Shown: in pieces, positions 9,160 to 19,685 of the stretch
How positions within the stretch are numbered: the first letter of the stretch is position 1
Layout: each line of letters begins with the position of its first letter
Source: Halanaerobiales bacterium
GTDB lineage: Bacteria; Bacillota; Halanaerobiia; Halanaerobiales; M55B127
Reading direction: 5' to 3'
Assembly (NCBI GenBank): GCA_018334565.1
Contig: JAGXLU010000003.1
Span: 19,475-83,474 of the forward strand
DNA length: 64,000 nucleotides
The notes under the pieces: generated by a model
The model's input: only the letters and a program-made list of their open reading frames with translations
Databases searched by the model: none
Told to the model about the DNA's origin: nothing
Position numbers and translations under genes: made by a program

Positions 9160-9810
9160 ATGAAATCTATTTTCGGTAAATCCAAAGAACTTGAAAAAAA
9201 TATTGAAGAATATTTAGATATTGTAGAAGAGGCATTATTAATATTTGAGAGAGACATCAATCGATATTTAGAAGGCCAGTATGACTTGTTTGAGGAGAAC
9301 CTAGATGATATTTTAACGGTGGAAAATAATGCTGATGATATCTTAAAAGAAATCAAATACAAGCTCTATACCTATATGCTAATCCCTGAAGCTCGTGGTG
9401 ATGTTTTGAATATAATAGAAAGTCTGGATAATGAGGTTGATCTCTGTAAAAAGGTTTTAATGCAGTTCTCTATAGAAAAACCAGAGATCAAGGATTTTAT
9501 AGTTTCTGATTTTAAAGAATTAACCAAACAATCACTCAAATCAGCTGAACAGCTTGTTCGAGGTATTAGAACTTATTTTGAGGAGATATCTATGGTTAAT
9601 GAATATGTTAACAAAGTTCATTTTTATGAACATGAAGCTGATAAATTAGAAGAGAGAATTAAAAGAAAGGTTTTTTCCACAGATCATATAAATGATCTAT
9701 GTAAAAAAGTTCACATCAGACATTTTTCAGAAAAATTGGCTTATTTTTCTGATCTAGCAGAAGAAATAAGTGAAATATTATCAGTTGCTTCCATCAAAAG
9801 ATCTATATAG
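9160..9810 (+). CDS. DUF47 / TIGR00153-family PhoU-like phosphate transport regulator
   Basis: 216 aa helical protein directly upstream of a PiT transporter, a conserved pairing. SD AAGGAGG lies upstream. Confidence 0.75.
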   Translation: MKSIFGKSKELEKNIEEYLDIVEEALLIFERDINRYLEGQYDLFEENLDDILTVENNADDILKEIKYKLYTYMLIPEARGDVLNIIESLDNEVDLCKKVLMQFSIEKPEIKDFIVSDFKELTKQSLKSAEQLVRGIRTYFEEISMVNEYVNKVHFYEHEADKLEERIKRKVFSTDHINDLCKKVHIRHFSEKLAYFSDLAEEISEILSVASIKRSI

Positions 9811-9835
9811 TCAAAAGTATGGAGGATGAAGTATT

Positions 9836-10879
9836 ATGACATCTTTTTTATTTATTTCAAGTGGGCTATTTTTGGGTTGGTCTTTAGGTGCCAATGATGC
9901 CGCTAATTTATTTGGTACTGCAGTATCAACAAAAATGGTTAAATTTTCAACTGCAGCTGTAATTATTAGTATATTTGTAACAATAGGAGCTGTTTTTGGA
10001 GGTACTGGAACTACAGAGACACTGGGTGCTTTAGGTTCGGTTAATGCTTTGGCAGGTGCCTTTGTTGTTGCCCTGGCTGCTGGTGTGACTGTATATTTAA
10101 TGACCTGTTATGAATTACCGGTATCTACAACCCAATCTATAGTTGGTGCGATCATTGGCTGGAATTTATTCAGCGGCAGACCTACTCAATTAGATGTTTT
10201 ATATAAAATATTAGGAACCTGGGTATTCTCACCCATTTTGTCTGCATTATTTGCAATAGTGTTTTTTAAGATAGCCGAGTATATTGTAAAAAACTGCCGA
10301 ATTCATTTATTTAAAATAGATATGTTTACCCGGATCGGTTTAATATTAGTAGGTGCTTTTGGGGCATACAGCCTCGGTGCCAATAATATTGCAAATGTAA
10401 TGGGGGTTTTTACAAAAACTTCTATATTGGCCAGTTTGCAAATTGGTTTTATTACCTTATCCAACACACAAGTTCTCTTTTTATTAGGTGGGTTAGCAAT
10501 ATCAGTTGGTGTGTTTACATACTCTAAAAGGGTAATGTCAACCGTTGGTAGGAATATATTTAAAATATCACCAGTAGCTTCTTTAGTAGTTGTATTATCC
10601 AGTTCTGTGGTATTATTTATATTTGCTTCAGAAGGTCTTGAATCTATTTTATTAAATCTTGGTTTACCAACTATTCCTCTTGTGCCAGTATCCGGTTCTC
10701 AGGCTGTTGTGGGAGCTGTAATAGGTATTGGTTTAGCAAAAGGTGGTAGAAATGTAAATTATAAATTATTGGGGAAAATCGGCTTGGGATGGGTTTTAAC
10801 CCCCTTGTTTGCTTTAATTATTTCATACATAGTCTTGTTTTTTATGCAGAATGTTTTTATGCAACAGGTATATTTCTAA
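9836..10879 (+). CDS. pit: inorganic phosphate transporter, PiT (PHO4) family
   Basis: GANDAANLFGTAVSTK and second-half GANNIANVMG motifs. Polytopic membrane protein. Confidence 0.9.
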   Translation: MTSFLFISSGLFLGWSLGANDAANLFGTAVSTKMVKFSTAAVIISIFVTIGAVFGGTGTTETLGALGSVNALAGAFVVALAAGVTVYLMTCYELPVSTTQSIVGAIIGWNLFSGRPTQLDVLYKILGTWVFSPILSALFAIVFFKIAEYIVKNCRIHLFKIDMFTRIGLILVGAFGAYSLGANNIANVMGVFTKTSILASLQIGFITLSNTQVLFLLGGLAISVGVFTYSKRVMSTVGRNIFKISPVASLVVVLSSSVVLFIFASEGLESILLNLGLPTIPLVPVSGSQAVVGAVIGIGLAKGGRNVNYKLLGKIGLGWVLTPLFALIISYIVLFFMQNVFMQQVYF

Positions 10880-10894
10880 GGATTTGTTTTTGTT

Positions 10895-12169
10895 TTAATT
10901 TTTTTGTTGCATATGATTCAAATTGCGCATAGCAGATATATTTAATAAAGACAAAGAGAGCATCAAAGACAATATACCGGCGGTTAGAAATAAACTGTAA
11001 ACAGGGATTCTGTCTAATAAATAACCTGTAATTGCCATAGATAGCGGTATCAGAGCCTGTGACATAGTCGAGAGCAAACCAGTAATCCTGCCTCTCAAAT
11101 TATCAGGTATTAATCTTTGCAACAATAGGGTTATCGGCACATTGATTATTGCATTTAAAACACCTATAATAAACAAGATTGTAATCAAAGAATAATAGAT
11201 GTTCATCATGGAAAAATTTAATAAAACCAACGGGAATAAGGGTATCGCAACAATTCCTAAAAGGATACTTTGTGTGCTTAAACTAACAAACAGTACTTTA
11301 AAGTAGTTTTTGATCTCAGGGATTTGACTTAAAATTAATGATCCCAGAACAGCACCTGCTGGGAAAATAGATTGTGCGTATCCATATAGTTGGCTATTTA
11401 CTTTTAAAACTTCTTTATAAACATAAGGTATTCCCAAAGAAAAGAGGCCAGTAGAAACAAAATTTAAAAATAAGGCGACGGTAAAAAGAGATACTAGTTC
11501 TTTTTTTTGCCATAAATAATCAAGTCCAAACTTAATTTCATTAATAATGGTTGGGCTTTTTTCCAATTTTTCTTCAATTCTGATTTTTGGGATATCAATA
11601 AATAATTCTGAAAAAGCTGAAATTAAAAAAGAAGTTCCATTTATAAAAAATACGCCAGCAATACCATAGTAAGCAATTAAAATTCCTCCTACAGCTGCTC
11701 CGATAATTTGGGTAAAATTCACGCTAAAATGATTTAAAGAATTTGCTTTTTGCAGTAGGAAGTCCTCTACAATATTTGGTATTGTTGCTGTTATAGCGGG
11801 ATTAAAAAAAGAGTTGCATATAGCAATTAAAACTGTTGCGGTACTGATAATAAAAAAACCGGCATTATTAGTATATATCATATAGCCCAATACTAATACT
11901 ATTAATCCTCTTAGAATATCCATAGAAACTATCAAAACTTTTCGGTTGAATTTATCAGCGATAACTCCTCCAAAAGGCCCAATGATCACTCCTGGAAGGG
12001 TTGAAAGTAATAAAACGATACCAGTGGCAGAACCGCTGCCTGTGATATCCAATACGTACCAAACTAAGGCAATATAATGAATCCCGTTACCAACACGAGA
12101 CACAAAACCACCTAAAAATAATAGTATAAAATTGTAATTATGTAAAAGGTTTGATTTTCTCTTTTTCAT
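10895..12169 (-). CDS. MFS transporter (MFS_3 / macrolide-enterobactin exporter-like)
   Basis: 424 aa, 12 predicted TM segments. G.IADKFNRK motif between TM2 and TM3. SD AAGAGGTG lies upstream. Confidence 0.8.
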   Translation of the reverse strand: MKKRKSNLLHNYNFILLFLGGFVSRVGNGIHYIALVWYVLDITGSGSATGIVLLLSTLPGVIIGPFGGVIADKFNRKVLIVSMDILRGLIVLVLGYMIYTNNAGFFIISTATVLIAICNSFFNPAITATIPNIVEDFLLQKANSLNHFSVNFTQIIGAAVGGILIAYYGIAGVFFINGTSFLISAFSELFIDIPKIRIEEKLEKSPTIINEIKFGLDYLWQKKELVSLFTVALFLNFVSTGLFSLGIPYVYKEVLKVNSQLYGYAQSIFPAGAVLGSLILSQIPEIKNYFKVLFVSLSTQSILLGIVAIPLFPLVLLNFSMMNIYYSLITILFIIGVLNAIINVPITLLLQRLIPDNLRGRITGLLSTMSQALIPLSMAITGYLLDRIPVYSLFLTAGILSLMLSLSLLNISAMRNLNHMQQKN

Positions 12170-12260
12170 TAAAACACCTCTTTAACTAAATTATATAACT
12201 ATTATACTAATAAAATTTAAAAAAGTCAATAAAAAAATTATTATAATCAATATAGAAATT

Positions 12261-12290
12261 AATTATATCAATATTTGAGTTGATATAATT
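12261..12290. promoter_or_regulatory. perfect 11-bp inverted repeat AATTATATCAA-N8-TTGATATAATT in the divergent MFS/glgC intergenic region
   Basis: Read directly from the sequence. Related half-sites TTATAATCAA (12241-12250) and ATTATATCAA (12296-12305) flank it. Confidence 0.4.
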
Positions 12291-12406
12291 AAATTTATTA
12301 TATCAACTAAAGAGGTATTTAATAAAGGATTTAAAGTATTCTTGTGGAAATATAAAAATATAAGGAATGATAATAATATTTACTATATAATCAGGGGGGA
12401 TATAAA

Positions 12407-13651
12407 TTGAAGACACTTGCCTTGATACTTGCAGGTGGAAGGGGCAGTCGGTTGGATATGCTTTCAGAACATAGAGCCAAGCCAAGTGTTCCTTTCGCAG
12501 GTAAGTATAGATTGATTGATTTTGTATTAAGTAATTGTGTAAATTCAGGCATATATAATGTGGGTGTTTTAACACAATACTTACCTTTATCTCTAAATGA
12601 TCATATTGGAATAGGTAAACCATGGGATTTAGATCGTAAATATGGGGGCATAACTATATTACAACCCCATACTGGCAAAGAAGGTGGATGGTTTAAGGGA
12701 ACTGCTCATGCCATCTATCAGAATATAAGTTTTCTAAGATCTCAGGATGCTGATTATATATTGGTTCTATCAGGAGATCATTTGTATAAGATGAATTATG
12801 ATAAAATGGTTGAAGAACATATTGACCGTAATGCTGATTTAACGATTGCAGCTCAAAGGGTTCCAAAAGAAGATGCCAGCCGGTTTGGTATTTTAAATAC
12901 TGATAAAACTGGCAAAATCACTGAATTTTTAGAAAAACCAGATAATCCCCCGGATAATTTAGCTTCAATGGGTATTTATGTTTTTACAAATGACGCTTTA
13001 ATCAAGTCTTTAAATAGATACTGTAGTGAAGAAAAATCAGATTTTGGCCATCATGTAATCCCTCCTATGATTAAGAACAGCAATGTATATTCATATGAAT
13101 ATGAAGGATATTGGAGAGATGTAGGCACCTTGGAATCTTTTTGGAAGACTAATCTCTCTTTAACAGACACTATTCCTGAATTGAACTTATATGACAAAGA
13201 ATGGAGAATCCATACAAAGAGTGTAGAAAAACCTCCGGTTAAATTTGGCCCTAATAGTAGTTCTAAAAATAGTTTGATATCTAATGGAGCTATAGTGAAC
13301 GGAATAGTTGAAAATTCAGTGATTTCGCCAGGTGTATATATTGAGGAGAATGTGGTCATTAGAAATTCTGTAATTTTTAATGATGCAAGGATAAAAAGGA
13401 ATACAATTATTGATAAAGTCATAATTGATAAGGAAGTAGAGATTGGTGAAAACTGTCATATAGGTTTTGGTGATAACATGTCACCAAACCAAGAGAAACC
13501 TGAACTTTTGTCAAATGGTTTGAATATAATTGCTAAGAGGGCTATTATACCAAATAATGTTCAGATCGGCAGAAACTGCCGAATTATGTCATATGTGCGT
13601 CCTAAAGATTTTGATAAAAAAAACATAGAGAGCGGTCAGACAATAGGTTAA
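12407..13651 (+). CDS. glgC: glucose-1-phosphate adenylyltransferase
   Basis: TTG start after SD AGGGGGG. LILAGGRGSRL..L...RAKPSVPFAGKYRLIDF..SNC.NSG motif and a C-terminal left-handed beta-helix region. Confidence 0.9.
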   Translation: MKTLALILAGGRGSRLDMLSEHRAKPSVPFAGKYRLIDFVLSNCVNSGIYNVGVLTQYLPLSLNDHIGIGKPWDLDRKYGGITILQPHTGKEGGWFKGTAHAIYQNISFLRSQDADYILVLSGDHLYKMNYDKMVEEHIDRNADLTIAAQRVPKEDASRFGILNTDKTGKITEFLEKPDNPPDNLASMGIYVFTNDALIKSLNRYCSEEKSDFGHHVIPPMIKNSNVYSYEYEGYWRDVGTLESFWKTNLSLTDTIPELNLYDKEWRIHTKSVEKPPVKFGPNSSSKNSLISNGAIVNGIVENSVISPGVYIEENVVIRNSVIFNDARIKRNTIIDKVIIDKEVEIGENCHIGFGDNMSPNQEKPELLSNGLNIIAKRAIIPNNVQIGRNCRIMSYVRPKDFDKKNIESGQTIG

Positions 13652-13664
13652 GGAGGAAATTAAA

Positions 13665-14534
13665 ATGCAAAAGCCGGTACCTAGAGTTGCAGCAATTCAT
13701 GATTTATCGGGATTCGGCAGAGGTTCTTTAACAACTGTTATTCAGGTTTTAGCAACCATGGGTATTCAGCCCTGTCCTCTACCAACAGCAGTATTATCAA
13801 CTCATACAGGTGGTTTTGAGCATTATAGATTTGTTGATCTAACAGATAAAATTCCTGATTTTATAGATCACTGGGAAGAGCTAGAAATAGAATTCGATGC
13901 TATATATAGTGGATTTTTGGGTTCTAAAAATCAAATTGAGATTGTTATAGACTTCATTAAAAAATTTAAAAATAAAAAGCAATATGTTATTATAGATCCA
14001 GTTTTAGGCGATAACGGCAACTTATATGATACATTTGATATAGAGATGGTTGATAATATGAAAAAATTGGTTAAGAAGGCCGATATTATTACTCCAAATT
14101 TGACTGAAGCACAATTTTTGCTGGATAAAAAACAAAAACGTATTGAAAATGATGAAGATGCTAAAATGTGGTTAAAACAACTTTCTTCTTTTGGTCCCGG
14201 TATAGTTGTTATCACAAGTGTATTAGGTTATAATGAAAAGGAAAAGACGGCAGTTTTAGCATATCATAGAAAAGATAACCGGTTTTGGAAGGTGGACTGT
14301 GATTATATTCCTGCTAATTTTCCAGGAACCGGAGATTTATTCACAAGTATATTAGTTGGTAGTATTCTAACCGGGGATAGCTTATCAATGGCTATTGATC
14401 GGGCAGTGCAATTTATTTCCATGGCTGTGAGGGCAACTTATGGTTATGATCTTCCTGAAAGAGAAGGGGTTTTACTAGAAAGGGTTTTAGCCAATTTGAA
14501 TATACCAATTACTGGTAACAGTTATGAAATATAA
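13665..14534 (+). CDS. pdxK: pyridoxal/pyridoxamine kinase
   Basis: Ribokinase-fold PdxK/PdxY-like: RVAAIHDLSGFGRGSL...PLPTAVLSTHTG and C-terminal GTGDLF. Confidence 0.8.
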   Translation: MQKPVPRVAAIHDLSGFGRGSLTTVIQVLATMGIQPCPLPTAVLSTHTGGFEHYRFVDLTDKIPDFIDHWEELEIEFDAIYSGFLGSKNQIEIVIDFIKKFKNKKQYVIIDPVLGDNGNLYDTFDIEMVDNMKKLVKKADIITPNLTEAQFLLDKKQKRIENDEDAKMWLKQLSSFGPGIVVITSVLGYNEKEKTAVLAYHRKDNRFWKVDCDYIPANFPGTGDLFTSILVGSILTGDSLSMAIDRAVQFISMAVRATYGYDLPEREGVLLERVLANLNIPITGNSYEI

Positions 14535-14582
14535 TCTATATTTATATTGGTTTTATTTTAAATTTTATGAGGAGGTTTTATA

Positions 14583-16550
14583 GTGCTAAAGGAAGTAGCA
14601 AATATAGTAAGAGGGTTGTCAGTTGATGCAGTAGAAAGAGCAAATTCAGGTCACCCCGGTATGCCGGTTGGCTGTGCTGAAATTGGGTCACTGCTTTATG
14701 GAGAGATTATAAAACACGATCCATCCTGTCCTGATTGGCCCAATCGAGATCGTTTTGTGTTATCAGCGGGGCATGGTTCTATGCTGTTATATTCATTATT
14801 ATATTTGAATGGATATAATTTAAGTAAAAATGATTTAAAACAGTTTAGACAGTTAGGTTCAAAAACTCCCGGTCATCCCGAATATCTAGAAACAGAAGGT
14901 ATTGAAACAACTACAGGACCTTTAGGTCAGGGATTTGCTAATGCGGTTGGAATGGCAATTGCTGAAAGGAGTTTGGCGTCTAAATTTAACAAAGTTGATT
15001 TAAAAATCATAGATCATTATACTTATACAATCATGGGTGATGGATGTATGATGGAGGGGATTAGCTCAGAAGCTGCTTCTCTAGCTGGACATTTAGGTTT
15101 AGGAAAATTGATAGCAATCTATGATGATAATGAGATATCGATTGAAGGTTCAACTGAGATTAGTTTCACCGAATCAGTACCTGCAAGATTTAGGGCATAT
15201 AACTGGCAGGTTATTGATAATATAGATGGTCATGACATTAATGAGTTGAGGCAAGCAATAATAAAAGCCCAGGCTGATCCAACCAGACCAACATTAATTG
15301 TGGCTAAAACACATATAGCATATGGAGCTCCTAATAAACAAGATTCCAGTGCCGCACATGGTGCACCTCTGGGTGAAGAAGAAATAAAGGGTATGAAAGA
15401 ATTTTTTGGTCTTCCGCAAGATAAAAAGTTCTATGTATCTGGTAATGTAGTTGATTTTTTCAAGGAAAGAAAGCAAATATTGAAGAATAATAAACATAAA
15501 TGGGATCAAAAGTTTGAAAAATGGCAGGTTCAATATCCAGAGCTTTATCAAAAATGGCAAGAAGCATTTGATTTAAAATTTGATCAAAGTATAATAGAAG
15601 ATGTAAAAAAATTAGAGATAGAAAGTCCTACTGCAACACGTAAGGCTTCAGGCGCTACCCTCAGAACTATCGCAGATAAAATGGATTATTTGATTGGTGG
15701 ATCTGCAGATCTCGCGCCTTCTAATAAAACATTTTTAGATAAGTATCCTGAATTTCAAAAAGAAAGTTATCAGGGAAGAAATTTGCGTTTTGGAGTTAGA
15801 GAACATGCAATGGGAGCTATCACAAGCGGCATTTCACTGCATGGAGGTCTCAGACCTTTTGCTGCAACATTTTTGGTTTTTACTGATTATATGAAGGCTG
15901 CAATTAGATTAGCTGCAATGATGAAACTACCCATCATTTATGTATTCACCCACGATTCTATTTACATTGGGGAAGATGGACCTACTCATCAACCAGTCGA
16001 GCAGTTGGAATCTTTAAGAACGATTCCTAATCTTAAAGTATATAGACCAGCTGACGCTCAAGAAACAAAAGAAGCCTGGCTAACAGCCATCAAAAGAACT
16101 GAAGGGCCAACTGCCTTAGTTCTAACCAGACAGAGCCTACCAGAACTTAATAAAGATAGGGGTTTAAGTGATTTTAATAAAGGAGCTTACCTGCTTAAAG
16201 ACGGTGGAGAAAGTTATCAATATACTTTAATTGCCAGCGGTAGTGAAGTAAGCCTGGCAGTAAAAGTGGCTAATTATTTAGAAAAAAAGGATATATATTC
16301 TAGAATAATCTCAGTACCGGAAAGAGAATTATTTGCTAGACAGCCGGTTTCTTATATAAACAATTTATTAGGAGAGCCAGCTCAAAAAAAGGTTGTCATA
16401 GAAGCTGGTGTATCCAATGGTTGGTATAGATTTTTATCTGAAAATGATTTAATCATTTCACAAAAAGAGTTTGGGGCAAGTGGACCAGGCCAAGAGGTTG
16501 CTGAACATTTTGGCTTTGATGTAGATCACATAGTCTCTCGTATCTTATAA
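14583..16550 (+). CDS. tkt: transketolase
   Basis: 655 aa. SGHPG.P.G.AE, GDGC.MEG and THDSI..GEDGPTHQP motifs. Confidence 0.95.
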   Translation: MLKEVANIVRGLSVDAVERANSGHPGMPVGCAEIGSLLYGEIIKHDPSCPDWPNRDRFVLSAGHGSMLLYSLLYLNGYNLSKNDLKQFRQLGSKTPGHPEYLETEGIETTTGPLGQGFANAVGMAIAERSLASKFNKVDLKIIDHYTYTIMGDGCMMEGISSEAASLAGHLGLGKLIAIYDDNEISIEGSTEISFTESVPARFRAYNWQVIDNIDGHDINELRQAIIKAQADPTRPTLIVAKTHIAYGAPNKQDSSAAHGAPLGEEEIKGMKEFFGLPQDKKFYVSGNVVDFFKERKQILKNNKHKWDQKFEKWQVQYPELYQKWQEAFDLKFDQSIIEDVKKLEIESPTATRKASGATLRTIADKMDYLIGGSADLAPSNKTFLDKYPEFQKESYQGRNLRFGVREHAMGAITSGISLHGGLRPFAATFLVFTDYMKAAIRLAAMMKLPIIYVFTHDSIYIGEDGPTHQPVEQLESLRTIPNLKVYRPADAQETKEAWLTAIKRTEGPTALVLTRQSLPELNKDRGLSDFNKGAYLLKDGGESYQYTLIASGSEVSLAVKVANYLEKKDIYSRIISVPERELFARQPVSYINNLLGEPAQKKVVIEAGVSNGWYRFLSENDLIISQKEFGASGPGQEVAEHFGFDVDHIVSRIL

Positions 16551-16571
16551 TAAGATTAAAGGTGACCGGAT

Positions 16572-17849
16572 ATGGAATACCTGGCAGAATTAAAAAAAAT
16601 AAAGAAGGAGCAAGATGTCTATGTAGTTGGTGGACTTATAAGGGATTATTTTTTAGATAAAGAAAATAAAGATGTTGACTTAATAGTAATGTCCGGTCTA
16701 AATAAATATGTAAAGGATTTTTTTGAAGCCTGTGGTAAAAAGAAATTATTATTAGATGACAAGCGCCAAATATATAGGGTAGTTACTAAACGAAATATAT
16801 TTATAGATTTTTCTAACCCTGTAGGTCAAGATATTTTAAACGATCTTGGCCACAGGGATTTTACTATTAATTCTATGGCAATTGAACTTGATCATATCGT
16901 TTTAAAAGACGGTAATTATTACTTAAAAAAAGATAAAATAATCGATCCTCATGGGGCTCTTTTAGACCTACAAAGAAAGAAAATAAGGATGGTAGATCGG
17001 ACATTTGTTAAAGATGATCCCCTGAGAATTATGCGGGCCTATAGGTTTTCTATTACTCTAGGTTTCAAAATCGAGAATAAAACCGCCACCATAATAGGTA
17101 AAAACTTATATTTGCTAAAACATGTCAAGAATGAGAGAATTAAGGAAGAATTAATTAAGATCTTTAATGATAAAATAAACATTGAAAGTCTAAATAATTT
17201 TTTAAAGAGTGGCTTGATTAATCTATTATTTAATATAGAGACATATCAAGATAAAAATAATTTGGATATGTTATTAAAACAAAATAATTATTTATGCAAA
17301 AAAAATATTTTTGCTAATAAATATATAAAAAATTATTTATTTTATCTTTTTCTTTTATATTTACAGCCAATTATAAAAGGTGATATAGCTTGTGGGGAAG
17401 CGGGCAATATTTTAAAAAAGTATACATTTAGCAAAAAAGATGTGGAGGTTTTTATAAAACATCTTAAAATAGCAAAACTTATTTTTAATGATATTAATTT
17501 ATATGTTAATAATCGAGAATTAATATATGAGCATTTGTTTGATCAGGAAGTATATTTTGATGATATTCAATATTTATTATGCAGTTATTTGATTAACTGT
17601 GAAGGGAAAGTAAATTTGCAAGAAAAGGTAGTCTGTATTATTGATGAACTTAAATTGATGAAAAAGAGGATAGATAAAAAAGCAATAAACGGGGATCAGC
17701 TTATAGAGATTTTAAATATAAAAGAAGGAAGAAAAGTAGGCGAGATATTAACTCAAATTAAAAAGCAAAAAGCTTTAAAAAAATTAGAGACAAAAAAAGA
17801 AATAATTGAATTTATTAAAAAATATTTTAAAAAAAGCAATAAAAACTAA
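16572..17849 (+). CDS. cca: CCA-adding tRNA nucleotidyltransferase / poly(A) polymerase family protein
   Basis: N-terminus VYVVGGLIRDYFL...DVDL and ..RDFTINSMA.. motifs of the PolyA_pol head domain. Confidence 0.75.
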   Translation: MEYLAELKKIKKEQDVYVVGGLIRDYFLDKENKDVDLIVMSGLNKYVKDFFEACGKKKLLLDDKRQIYRVVTKRNIFIDFSNPVGQDILNDLGHRDFTINSMAIELDHIVLKDGNYYLKKDKIIDPHGALLDLQRKKIRMVDRTFVKDDPLRIMRAYRFSITLGFKIENKTATIIGKNLYLLKHVKNERIKEELIKIFNDKINIESLNNFLKSGLINLLFNIETYQDKNNLDMLLKQNNYLCKKNIFANKYIKNYLFYLFLLYLQPIIKGDIACGEAGNILKKYTFSKKDVEVFIKHLKIAKLIFNDINLYVNNRELIYEHLFDQEVYFDDIQYLLCSYLINCEGKVNLQEKVVCIIDELKLMKKRIDKKAINGDQLIEILNIKEGRKVGEILTQIKKQKALKKLETKKEIIEFIKKYFKKSNKN

Positions 17850-18261
17850 TTAGGGCAACAAGCGCTCCTAAAAAAACCCCTGCAAAAACCTCTAAAGGAG
17901 TATGTCCTATTAATTCTTTAAGATCATCTTTTAAAAGTTGGGGATCTCTATCAATATTGGTAATATTAAAATGGCTGATTAATTTATTTAATACATTGGC
18001 CTGTTTACCAACTGCTCTTCTTACACCACCTGCATCATAGGTAACTATTAAAGAAAATATTAAAACAATTGAAAAAAGATCGGACTCAAAACCATACTTA
18101 AGGCCAATCAGGGTGGCCAGGGTAGTGACAAAAGAAGAGTGAGAACTGGGAAAACCACCAGAACCGATTATATGAGTGATTGATATTGGTTTTATTGTAA
18201 ATATTTTTATAAATTGTGCTAAAAACAATGATAAAAATGAGAAAAAGAGAATTTTATTCAT
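17827..18261 (-). CDS. divergent PAP2 family protein (DUF212, acid phosphatase/haloperoxidase-related membrane protein)
   Basis: GGFPSSHSSFV motif. Start chosen at the ATG preceded by AGGAGG with a 7-nt spacer. 3' end overlaps convergent cca by 23 nt. Confidence 0.8.
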   Translation of the reverse strand: MNKILFFSFLSLFLAQFIKIFTIKPISITHIIGSGGFPSSHSSFVTTLATLIGLKYGFESDLFSIVLIFSLIVTYDAGGVRRAVGKQANVLNKLISHFNITNIDRDPQLLKDDLKELIGHTPLEVFAGVFLGALVALISFYCFF

Positions 18262-18364
18262 TGATATGCCTCCTAACATCCTATATATATATTATAATAA
18301 AATAGTTGAGATATTCAAGAAGATTATATTTTTATGAAGCAAGAATATGTTAAGGACTGATTTC

Positions 18365-19684
18365 ATGAATCCATATAAATATATCCAAAAGTTCAAAAAG
18401 TACGGCAAAAAAGGTGGATTTAAGCCCGGCTTAAGTAGAGTAAAGAAATTGCTCTCTTGTTTTGATAATCCTCAAAACAAGGTTGATTATATCCACATTG
18501 GAGGATCAAATGGTAAAGGATCTACTGCTGCAATATTAAGTAGTATTTATAAAGAAGCAGGCTATAGAGTGGGAACATATATTTCTCCTCCTTTGATACA
18601 CTTCAATGAGAGATTCAGGATTAATCAAAAACCGATATCGACAGAAGATTTGAGTGGTATAATCGACAGTTTAAAAAAAATTTTTGATGATCCAGAAAAG
18701 AATATTGACATTGATGAGCCGAGTTTTTTTGAGATAATTACTGTGATAGCTTTTATCTACTTTGCTCAAAAAGATGTTGATATTGGAATATTAGAGGTAG
18801 GACTAGGTGGTAGATTAGATGCAACTAATGTAATAAGAAAACCTCTTATCAGTATTATTACTAATATAAGCTGTGAGCATGCAGATATTTTAGGTCCTAA
18901 TATTGAAGATATTGCATATGAAAAATCAGGTATTATAAAAAAAAATAGACCTATAATAACAGGAGAATGCAAGCCTGAAGCACTGAAGATTTTGCAAGAA
19001 AGAGCCTTAAAAAAAAATAGTAGATTTATAGTAGTTAATCACAAAAATAATTTTATGATATCAAAAAAGAATATGAAATATCAATTATTTGATCTTGAAT
19101 ATAAAAATGAGGTATTGCAAGATCTCAAATTAAAAATCTTAGGTGATCATCAATTTAAAAACACGTCTCTTGCTTTGAAAGCGGTTGAGATTTTAACAGA
19201 AAAGTATGATATAAAAAAAGGAAATATCTATAGAGGATTAAGAAAATGTCGTTGGCCTGGTCGGTTGGAAGTGATGGGCAGAGATCCATATATAATATTG
19301 GATGGGGCCCACAATGTGGCTGGAATGGAAATGCTTGTTGAATTTCTGAAAGAAAATAAAGAAACCGGACAGAAAACTATATTTTTAATAAGCATATTGA
19401 AGGACAAAGATTATAAAGAGATGATTAATTTAATATACAAGTTAAATAATATAGAATTTATTATTACTGCCAATCAGAATGAAAGATCTTTAAAACCAGA
19501 ATTGATCCAAAAGTATGTAGCTGATTTAGGATTAAAAAGTCATACTCATGATAATATCTATTCAGCAGTTAAAAAGCTCAAAAAGATAGCAGCTGTTGAA
19601 GATTTAGTATGTATTACAGGGTCTTTGTATACAGTGGCAGAAGCAAGGTTTTATGTTAAACTTCTTATTGAAGGAGGTCTATAA
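18365..19684 (+). CDS. folC: bifunctional folylpolyglutamate synthase / dihydrofolate synthase
   Basis: Mur-ligase-type HIGGSNGKGST P-loop and GPNIEDIAYEKSGIIK. ATG 18365 has an AAGGA SD, whereas the track start at 18347 has none. Confidence 0.85.
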   Translation: MNPYKYIQKFKKYGKKGGFKPGLSRVKKLLSCFDNPQNKVDYIHIGGSNGKGSTAAILSSIYKEAGYRVGTYISPPLIHFNERFRINQKPISTEDLSGIIDSLKKIFDDPEKNIDIDEPSFFEIITVIAFIYFAQKDVDIGILEVGLGGRLDATNVIRKPLISIITNISCEHADILGPNIEDIAYEKSGIIKKNRPIITGECKPEALKILQERALKKNSRFIVVNHKNNFMISKKNMKYQLFDLEYKNEVLQDLKLKILGDHQFKNTSLALKAVEILTEKYDIKKGNIYRGLRKCRWPGRLEVMGRDPYIILDGAHNVAGMEMLVEFLKENKETGQKTIFLISILKDKDYKEMINLIYKLNNIEFIITANQNERSLKPELIQKYVADLGLKSHTHDNIYSAVKKLKKIAAVEDLVCITGSLYTVAEARFYVKLLIEGGL

Positions 19685-19685
19685 T

